NCBI GenBank assembly: GCA_964016885.1
Contig: OZ024741.1
Location: 244,528,001 to 244,592,000, forward strand
DNA from: Eledone cirrhosa
Taxonomy: Eukaryota
DNA length: 64,000 nt
Direction of reading: 5' to 3'
Shown here in pieces: positions 54,701-64,000 of this stretch (positions are counted from its first letter, which is position 1; each line of letters opens with the position of its first letter). Under the pieces are notes generated by a model. The model saw nothing but the letters and a program-made list of their open reading frames with translations. It was not told the origin of the DNA and made no database searches. The position numbers and the translations under genes were made by a program.

Positions 54701-54807
54701 GTAACTCCGCCGGCAAATCCGCATTTTTGTGATTCGTTTCTTCGAAGCACACCATTCGCCGCCGGACTTCAGCTTCCTCATTTAGCATGGGCAGCTTTTC
54801 TTGCAAA
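51713..54807 (+). repeat. Five consecutive 619 bp trimeric HORs (LSS)
   Basis: L monomers start at 51713, 52332, 52951, 53570 and 54189, and the next at 54808, each exactly 619 bp apart. Confidence 0.95.
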
Positions 54808-56045
54808 TCACACTACACACAGCAAATCTGTGTCTGCACATGTACCAGTAACTACAGATCGATCCGACCACGGGCGGCCGGCCCGCGATTGAAAAGGTAG
54901 CTCCGCCAGCAAATCGTCATTTTTTGATTCGTTTTCTTCGAAGCACACCATTCGCCGGCGGACTTTGTTGACGTTTAACACGGTTTGGTTCCACAGCCAC
55001 AACTATTGATTTTACGGAGATATCTTGCTGAAATTCACGCCACACATAGCCAATGATTGTCTGCACATGTACCAGTAATTACAGATCGATCCGACCACGG
55101 GTGGCCGGCCCGCGATTGAAAAGGTAACTCCGCCAGCAAATCGTCATTTTTGGATTCGTTTTCTTCGAAGCACACCATTCGCCGGCGGACTTTGTTGACG
55201 TTTAACACGGTTTGGTTCCACAGCCACAACTATTGATTTTACGGAGATATCTTGCTGAAATTCACGCCACACATACCCAATGAGTGTCTGCACATGTACC
55301 AGTAATTACAGATCGATCCGCCCACGGGTGGCCGGCCCACGATCTAAAATGTAACTCCGCCGGCAAATCCGCATTTTTGTGATTAGTTTCTTCGAAGCAC
55401 ACCATTCGCCGCCGGACTTGAGCTTCCTCATTTAGCATGGGCAGCTTTTCTTGAAAATCACACCACACTCAGCAAATGTGTGTCTGCACATGTACCAGTA
55501 ACTACAGATCGATCCGACCACGGGCGGCCTGCCCACGATCGAAAAGGTAACTCCGCAGGCAAATTCGCACTTTTGTGATTCGTTTCTTCGAAGCACACCA
55601 TTCGCTGGTGGTCTTCAGCTTCCTCATTTAGCATGGGCAGCTTTTCTTGAAAATCACACCACACTCAGCAAATCTGTGTCTGCACATGTACCAGTAATTA
55701 CAGATCGATCCGACCACGGGTGGCCGGCCCGCGATTGAAAAGGTAACTCCGCCAGCAAATCGTCATTTTTGGATTCGTTTTCTTCGAAGCACACCATTCG
55801 CCGCCGGACTTGAGCTTCCTCATTTAGCATGGGCAGCTTTTCTTGAAAATCACACCACACTCAGCAAATGTGTGTCTGCACATGTACCAGTAATTACAGA
55901 TCGATCGGACCACGGGCGGCCGGCTCACGATCGAAAAGGTAACTCCGCCGGCAAATCCGCATTTTTGTGATTCGTTTCTTCGAAGCACACCATTCGCCGC
56001 CGGACTTCAGCTTCCTCATTTAGCATGGGCAGCTTTTCTTGCAAA

Positions 56046-59000
56046 TCACACTACACACAGCAAATCTGTGTCTGCACATGTACCAGTAACTACAGATCGA
56101 TCCGACCACGGGCGGCCGGCCCACGATCGAAAAGGTAACTCCGCCGGCAAATCGTCATTTTTGGATTCGTTTTCTTCGAAGCACACCATTCGCCGGCGGA
56201 CTTTGTTGACGTTTAACACGGTTTGGTTCCACAGCCACAAGTATTGATTTTACGGAGATATCTTGCTGAAATTCACGCCACACATACCCAATGAGTGTCT
56301 GCACATGTACCAGTAATTACAGATCGATCCGCCCACGGGTGGCCGGCCCACGATCTAAAATGTAACTCCGCCGGCAAATCCGCATTTTTGTGATTAGTTT
56401 CTTCGAAGCACACCACTCGCCGCCGGACTTGAGCTTCCTCATTTAGCATGGGCAGCTTTTCTTGAAAATCACACCACACTCAGCAAATGTGTGTCTGCAC
56501 ATGTACCAGTAATTACAGATCGATCGGACCACGGGCGGCCGGCTCACGATCGAAAAGGTAACTCCGCCGGCAAATCCGCATTTTTGTGATTCGTTTCTTC
56601 GAAGCACACCATTTGCCGCCGGACTTCAGCTTCCTCATTTAGCATGGGCAGCTTTTCTTGCAAATCACACTACACACAGCAAATCTGTGTCTGCACATGT
56701 ACCAGTAACTACAGATCGATCCGACCACGGGCGGCCGGCCCACGATCGAAAAGGTAACTCCGCCGGCAAATCGTCATTTTTGGATTCGTTTTCTTCGAAG
56801 CACACCATTCGCCGGCGGACTTTGTTGACGTTTAACACGGTTTGGTTCCACAGCCACAACTATTGATTTTACGGAGATATCTTGCTGGAATTCACGCCAC
56901 ACATACCCAATGAGTGTCTGCACATGTACCAGTAATTACAGATCGATCCGCCCACGGGTGGCCGGCCCACGATCTAAAATGTAACTCCGCCGGCAAATCC
57001 GCATTTTTGTGATTAGTTTCTTCGAAGCACACCATTCGCCGCCGGACTTGAGCTTCCTCATTTAGCATGGGCAGCTTTTCTTGAAAATCACACCACACTC
57101 AGCAAATGTGTGTCTGCACATGTACCAGTAATTACAGATCGATCGGACCACGGGCGGCCGGCTCACGATCGAAAAGGTAACTCCGCCGGCAAATCCGCAT
57201 TTTTGTGATTCGTTTCTTCGAAGCACACCATTCGCCGCCGGACTTCAGCTTCCTCATTTAGCATGGGCAGCTTTTCTTGCAAATCACACTACACACAGCA
57301 AATCTGTGTCTGCACATGTACCAGTAACTACAGATCGATCCGACCACGGGCGGCCGGCCCGCGATTGAAAAGGTAACTCCGCCAGCAAATCGTCATTTTT
57401 TTATTCGTTTTCTTCGAAGCACACCATTCGCCGGCGGACTTTGTTGACGTTTAACACGGTTTGGTTCCACAGCAACAACTATTGATTTTACGGAGATATC
57501 TTGCTGAAATTCACGCCACACATAGCCAATGATTGTCTGCACATGTACCAGTAATTACAGATCGATCCGACCACGGGTGGCCGGCCCGCGATTGAAAAGG
57601 TAACTCCGCCAGCAAATCGTCATTTTTGGATTCGTTTTCTTCGAAGCACACCATTCGCCAGCGGACTTTGTTGACGTTTAACACGGTTTGGTTCCACAGC
57701 CACAACTATTGATTTTACGGAGATATCTTGCTGAAATTCACGCCACACATACCCAATGAGTGTCTGCACATGTACCAGTAATTACAGATCGATCCGCCCA
57801 CGGGTGGCCGGCCCACGATCTAAAATGTAACTCCGCCGGCAAATCCGCATTTTTGTGATTAGTTTCTTCGAAGCACACCATTCGCCGCCGGACTTGAGCT
57901 TCCTCATTTAGCATGGGCAGCTTTTCTTGAAAATCACACCACACTCAGCAAATGTGTGTCTGCACATGTACCAGTAACTACAGATCGATCCGACCACGGG
58001 CGGCCTGCCCACGATCGAAAAGGTAACTCCGCAGGCAAATTCGCACTTTTGTGATTCGTTTCTTCGAAGCACACCATTCGCTGGTGGTCTTCAGCTTCCT
58101 CATTTAGCATGGGCAGCTTTTCTTGAAAATCACACCACACTCAGCAAATCTGTGTCTGCACATGTACCAGTAATTACAGATCGATCCGACCACGGGTGGC
58201 CGGCCCGCGATTGAAAAGGTAACTCCGCCAGCAAATCGTCATTTTTGGATTCGTTTTCTTCGAAGCACACCATTCGCCGCCGGACTTGAGCTTCCTCATT
58301 TAGCATGGGCAGCTTTTCTTGAAAATCACACCACACTCAGCAAATGTGTGTCTGCACATGTACCAGTAATTACAGATCGATCGGACCACGGGCGGCCGGC
58401 TCACGATCGAAAAGGTAACTCCGCCGGCAAATCCGCATTTTTGTGATTCGTTTCTTCGAAGCACACCATTCGCCGCCGGACTTCAGCTTCCTCATTTAGC
58501 ATGGGCAGCTTTTCTTGCAAATCACACTACACACAGCAAATCTGTGTCTGCACATGTACCAGTAACTACAGATCGATCCGACCACGGGCGGCCGGCCCAC
58601 GATCGAAAAGGTAACTCCGCCGGCAAATCGTCATTTTTGGATTCGTTTTCTTCGAAGCACACCATTCGCCGGCGGACTTTGTTGACGTTTAACACGGTTT
58701 GGTTCCACAGCCACAACTATTGATTTTACGGAGATATCTTGCTGAAATTCACGCCACACATACCCAATGAGTGTCTGCACATGTACCAGTAACTACAGAT
58801 CGATCCGACCACGGGCGGCCGGCCCACGATCGAAAAGGTAACTCCGCCGGCAAATCGTCATTTTTGGATTCGTTTTCTTCGAAGCACACCATTCGCCGGC
58901 GGACTTTGTTGACGTTTAACACGGTTTGGTTCCACAGCCACAAGTATTGATTTTACGGAGATATCTTGCTGAAATTCACGCCACACATACCCAATGAGTG

Positions 59001-61451
59001 TCTGCACATGTACCAGTAATTACAGATCGATCCGCCCACGGGTGGCCGGCCCACGATCTAAAATGTAACTCCGCCGGCAAATCCGCATTTTTGTGATTAG
59101 TTTCTTCGAAGCACACCACTCGCCGCCGGACTTGAGCTTCCTCATTTAGCATGGGCAGCTTTTCTTGAAAATCACACCACACTCAGCAAATGTGTGTCTG
59201 CACATGTACCAGTAATTACAGATCGATCGGACCACGGGCGGCCGGCTCACGATCGAAAAGGTAACTCCGCCGGCAAATCCGCATTTTTGTGATTCGTTTC
59301 TTCGAAGCACACCATTTGCCGCCGGACTTCAGCTTCCTCATTTAGCATGGGCAGCTTTTCTTGCAAATCACACTACACACAGCAAATCTGTGTCTGCACA
59401 TGTACCAGTAACTACAGATCGATCCGACCACGGGCGGCCGGCCCACGATCGAAAAGGTAACTCCGCCGGCAAATCGTCATTTTTGGATTCGTTTTCTTCG
59501 AAGCACACCATTCGCCGGCGGACTTTGTTGACGTTTAACACGGTTTGGTTCCACAGCCACAACTATTGATTTTACGGAGATATCTTGCTGGAATTCACGC
59601 CACACATACCCAATGAGTGTCTGCACATGTACCAGTAATTACAGATCGATCCGCCCACGGGTGGCCGGCCCACGATCTAAAATGTAACTCCGCCGGCAAA
59701 TCCGCATTTTTGTGATTAGTTTCTTCGAAGCACACCATTCGCCGCCGGACTTGAGCTTCCTCATTTAGCATGGGCAGCTTTTCTTGAAAATCACACCACA
59801 CTCAGCAAATGTGTGTCTGCACATGTACCAGTAATTACAGATCGATCGGACCACGGGCGGCCGGCTCACGATCGAAAAGGTAACTCCCCCGGCAAATCCG
59901 CATTTTTGTGATTCGTTTCTTCGAAGCACACCATTCGCCGCCGGACTTCAGCTTCCTCATTTAGCATGGGCAGCTTTTCTTGCAAATCACACTACACACA
60001 GCAAATCTGTGTCTGCACATGTACCAGTAACTACAGATCGATCCGACCACGGGCGGCCGGCCCGCGATTGAAAAGGTAACTCCGCCAGCAAATCGTCATT
60101 TTTTTATTCGTTTTCTTCGAAGCACACCATTCGCCGGCGGACTTTGTTGACGTTTAACACGGTTTGGTTCCACAGCCACAACTATTGATTTTACGGAGAT
60201 ATCTTGCTGAAATTCACGCCACACATAGCCAATGATTGTCTGCACATGTACCAGTAATTACAGATCGATCCGACCACGGGTGGCCGGCCCGCGATTGAAA
60301 AGGTAACTCCGCCAGCAAATCGTCATTTTTGGATTCGTTTTCTTCGAAGCACACCATTCGCCAGCGGACTTTGTTGACGTTTAACACGGTTTGGTTCCAC
60401 AGCCACAACTATTGATTTTACGGAGATATCTTGCTGAAATTCACGCCACACATACCCAATGAGTGTCTGCACATGTACCAGTAATTACAGATCGATCCGC
60501 CCACGGGTGGCCGGCCCACGATCTAAAATGTAACTCCGCCGGCAAATCCGCATTTTTGTGATTAGTTTCTTCGAAGCACACCATTCGCCGCCGGACTTGA
60601 GCTTCCTCATTTAGCATGGGCAGCTTTTCTTGAAAATCACACCACACTCAGCAAATGTGTGTCTGCACATGTACCAGTAACTACAGATCGATCCGACCAC
60701 GGGCGGCCTGCCCACGATCGAAAAGGTAACTCCGCAGGCAAATTCGCACTTTTGTGATTCGTTTCTTCGAAGCACACCATTCGCTGGTGGTCTTCAGCTT
60801 CCTCATTTAGCATGGGCAGCTTTTCTTGAAAATCACACCACACTCAGCAAATCTGTGTCTGCACATGTACCAGTAATTACAGATCGATCCGACCACGGGT
60901 GGCCGGCCCGCGATTGAAAAGGTAACTCCGCCAGCAAATCGTCATTTTTGGATTCGTTTTCTTCGAAGCACACCATTCGCCGCCGGACTTGAGCTTCCTC
61001 ATTTAGCATGGGCAGCTTTTCTTGAAAATCACACCACACTCAGCAAATGTGTGTCTGCACATGTACCAGTAATTACAGATCGATCGGACCACGGGCGGCC
61101 GGCTCACGATCGAAAAGGTAACTCCGCCGGCAAATCCGCATTTTTGTGATTCGTTTCTTCGAAGCACACCATTCGCCGCCGGACTTCAGCTTCCTCATTT
61201 AGCATGGGCAGCTTTTCTTGCAAATCACACTACACACAGCAAATCTGTGTCTGCACATGTACCAGTAACTACAGATCGATCCGACCACGGGCGGCCGGCC
61301 CACGATCGAAAAGGTAACTCCGCCGGCAAATCGTCATTTTTGGATTCGTTTTCTTCGAAGCACACCATTCGCCGGCGGACTTTGTTGACGTTTAACACGG
61401 TTTGGTTCCACAGCCACAACTATTGATTTTACGGAGATATCTTGCTGAAAT
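56046..61451 (+). repeat. 2703 bp tandem duplication (13 monomers: 8 S + 5 L)
   Basis: Variants at +2703: CAAGTATT (monomers 56046/58749), TTTTTTATTCG (57284/59987), TTCGCCAGCGG (57511/60214). Confidence 0.92.
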
Positions 61452-64000
61452 TCACGCCACACATACCCAATGAGTGTCTGCACATGTACCAGTAAATACA
61501 GATCGATCCGCCCAAGGGTGGCCGGCCCACGATCTAAAATGTAACTCCGCCGGCAAATCCGCATTTTTGTGATTAGTTTCTTCGAAGCACACCATTCGCC
61601 GCCGGACTTGAGCTTCCTCATTTAGCATGGGCAGCTTTTCTTGAAAATCACACCACACTCAGCAAATGTGTGTCTGCACATGTACCAGTAATTACAGATC
61701 GATCGGACCACGGGCGGCCGGCTCACGATCGAAAAGGTAACTCCGCCGGCAAATCCGCATTTTTGTGATTCGTTTCTTCGAAGCACACCATTCGCCGCCG
61801 GACTTCAGCTTCTTCATTTAGCATGGGCAGCTTTTCTTGCAAATCACACTACACACAGCAAATCTGTGTCTACACATGTACCAGTAACTACAGATCGATC
61901 CGACCACGGGCGGCCGGCCCGCGATTGAAAAGGTAACTCCGCCAGCAAATCGTCATTTTTTGATTCGTTTTCTTCGAAGCACACCATTCGCCGCCGGACT
62001 TTGTTGACGTTTAACACGGTTTGGTTCCACAGCCACAACTATTGATTTTACGGAGATATCTTGCTGAAATTCACGCCACACATAGCCAATGAGTGTCTGC
62101 ACATGTACCAGTAATTACAGATCGATCGGACCACGGGCGGCCGGTTTGCGATTGAAAAGGTAACTCCGCCGGCAAATCGTCATTTTTGGATTCGTTTTCT
62201 TCGAAGCACACCATTCGCCGGCGGACTTTGTTGACGTTTAACACGGTTTGGTTCCACAGCCACAACTATTGATTTTACGGAGATATCTTGCTGAAATTCA
62301 CGCCACACATACCCAATGAGTGTCTGCACATGTACCAGTAATTACAGATCGATCCGCCCACGGGTGGCCGGCCCACGATCTAAAATGTAACTCCGCCGGC
62401 AAATCCGCATTTTTGTGATTAGTTTCTTCGAAGCACACCATTCGCCGCCGGACTTGAGCTTCCTCATTTAGCATGGGCAGCTTTTCTTGAAAATCACACC
62501 ACACTCAGCAAATGTGTGTCTGCACATGTACCAGTAATTACAGATCGATCCGCCCACGGGTGGCCGGCCCACGATCTAAAATGTAACTCCGCCGGCAAAT
62601 CCGCATTTTTGTGATTAGTTTCTTCGAAGCACACCACTCGCCGCCGGACTTGAGCTTCCTCATTTAGCATGGGCAGCTTTTCTTGAAAATCACACCACAC
62701 TCAGCAAATGTGTGTCTGCACATGTACCAGTAATTACAGATCGATCGGACCACGGGCGGCCGGCTCACGATCGAAAAGGTAACTCCGCCGGCAAATCCGC
62801 ATTTTTGTGATTCGTTTCTTCGAAGCACACCATTTGCCGCCGGACTTCAGCTTCCTCATTTAGCATGGGCAGCTTTTCTTGCAAATCACACTACACACAG
62901 CAAATCTGTGTCTGCACATGTACCAGTAACTACAGATCGATCCGACCACGGGCGGCCGGCCCACGATCGAAAAGGTAACTCCGCCGGCAAATCGTCATTT
63001 TTGGATTCGTTTTCTTCGAAGCACACCATTCGCCGGCGGACTTTGTTGACGTTTAACACGGTTTGGTTCCACAGCCACAACTATTGATTTTACGGAGATA
63101 TCTTGCTGGAATTCACGCCACACATACCCAATGAGTGTCTGCACATGTACCAGTAATTACAGATCGATCCGCCCACGGGTGGCCGGCCCACGATCTAAAA
63201 TGTAACTCCGCCGGCAAATCCGCATTTTTGTGATTAGTTTCTTCGAAGCACACCATTCGCCGCCGGACTTGAGCTTCCTCATTTAGCATGGGCAGCTTTT
63301 CTTGAAAATCACACCACACTCAGCAAATGTGTGTCTGCACATGTACCAGTAATTACAGATCGATCGGACCACGGGCGGCCGGCTCACGATCGAAAAGGTA
63401 ACTCCGCCGGCAAATCCGCATTTTTGTGATTCGTTTCTTCGAAGCACACCATTCGCCGCCGGACTTCAGCTTCCTCATTTAGCATGGGCAGCTTTTCTTG
63501 CAAATCACACTACACACAGCAAATCTGTGTCTGCACATGTACCAGTAACTACAGATCGATCCGACCACGGGCGGCCGGCCCACGATCGAAAAGGTAACTC
63601 CGCCGGCAAATCGTCATTTTTGGATTCGTTTTCTTCGAAGCACACCATTCGCCGGCGGACTTTGTTGACGTTTAACACGGTTTGGTTCCACAGCCACAAC
63701 TATTGATTTTACGGAGATATCTTGCTGGAATTCACGCCACACATACCCAATGAGTGTCTGCACATGTACCAGTAATTACAGATCGATCCGCCCACGGGTG
63801 GCCGGCCCACGATCTAAAATGTAACTCCGCCGGCAAATCCGCATTTTTGTGATTAGTTTCTTCGAAGCACACCATTCGCCGCCGGACTTGAGCTTCCTCA
63901 TTTAGCATGGGCAGCTTTTCTTGAAAATCACACCACACTCAGCAAATGTGTGTCTGCACATGTACCAGTAATTACAGATCGATCGGACCACGGGCGGCCG

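Larger units (their letters stand above)
1..64000. repeat. Tandem satellite DNA array of 196 bp and 227 bp monomers with higher-order repeats; continues beyond both window edges
   Basis: Landmarks such as TCTGCACATGTACCAGTAA and TTCTTCGAAGCACACC recur every 196 or 227 bp from start to end, all in one orientation. The sum 231x196 + 4 + 82x227 = 63894 bp exactly accounts for positions 34-63927, leaving no non-repeat sequence. Confidence 0.99.

Noticed and set aside
622-63938. Hundreds of 61-96 aa ORFs (MWCDFQEK..., MWLWNQTV...) read as a tandem small-protein gene family
   Set aside because: They mostly start at GTG/TTG and simply track the monomer period, which is not a multiple of 3. The very common GGCTCACG allele puts a TGA in frame. 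The S/L indels shift the frame locally, many variants change the amino acid, and no domain is recognisable.
1-64000. CRISPR array (constant core plus variable segment)
   Set aside because: There are no unique spacers, only two alternative tails. The unit is far too long, and there are no cas genes or leader.
1-64000. Array structure as a pure assembly artefact
   Set aside because: Duplicated blocks differ by private SNPs and whole-monomer indels, and rare variants are linked consistently, as expected for real long-read sequence. Exact copy numbers of near-identical blocks still need read validation.

Overview
The whole 64 kb window is one uninterrupted, single-orientation tandem satellite array of eukaryotic (peri)centromeric or heterochromatic type. 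The organism and family cannot be identified from the sequence alone. Counting from the TCA of AAATCACACC at position 34 to 63927 gives 313 complete monomers: 227 of 196 bp (S), 4 of 197 bp (S plus one T) and 82 of 227 bp (L). S and L share a ~157 bp core. They differ in the tail, where a 70 bp segment in L replaces a 39 bp segment in S. The monomers form nested higher-order repeats (LSS 619 bp, LLSS 846 bp, LLSSSS 1238 bp, 1465 bp, 3776 bp) and kb-scale duplications (about 1.8-2.2, 2.7, 3.26 and 3.88 kb). Two ~8 kb S-only domains lie in the left half and an L-rich HOR domain fills the right half. I found no credible gene, RNA gene, CRISPR array or transposon; the ORF track is a by-product of the repeat. 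The most interesting observations are the two-length monomer grammar, very strict length conservation including compensating indels, a CpG-rich/CpG-free split within each monomer, and a compensatory G:C to T:A double change in a potential 6 bp stem.
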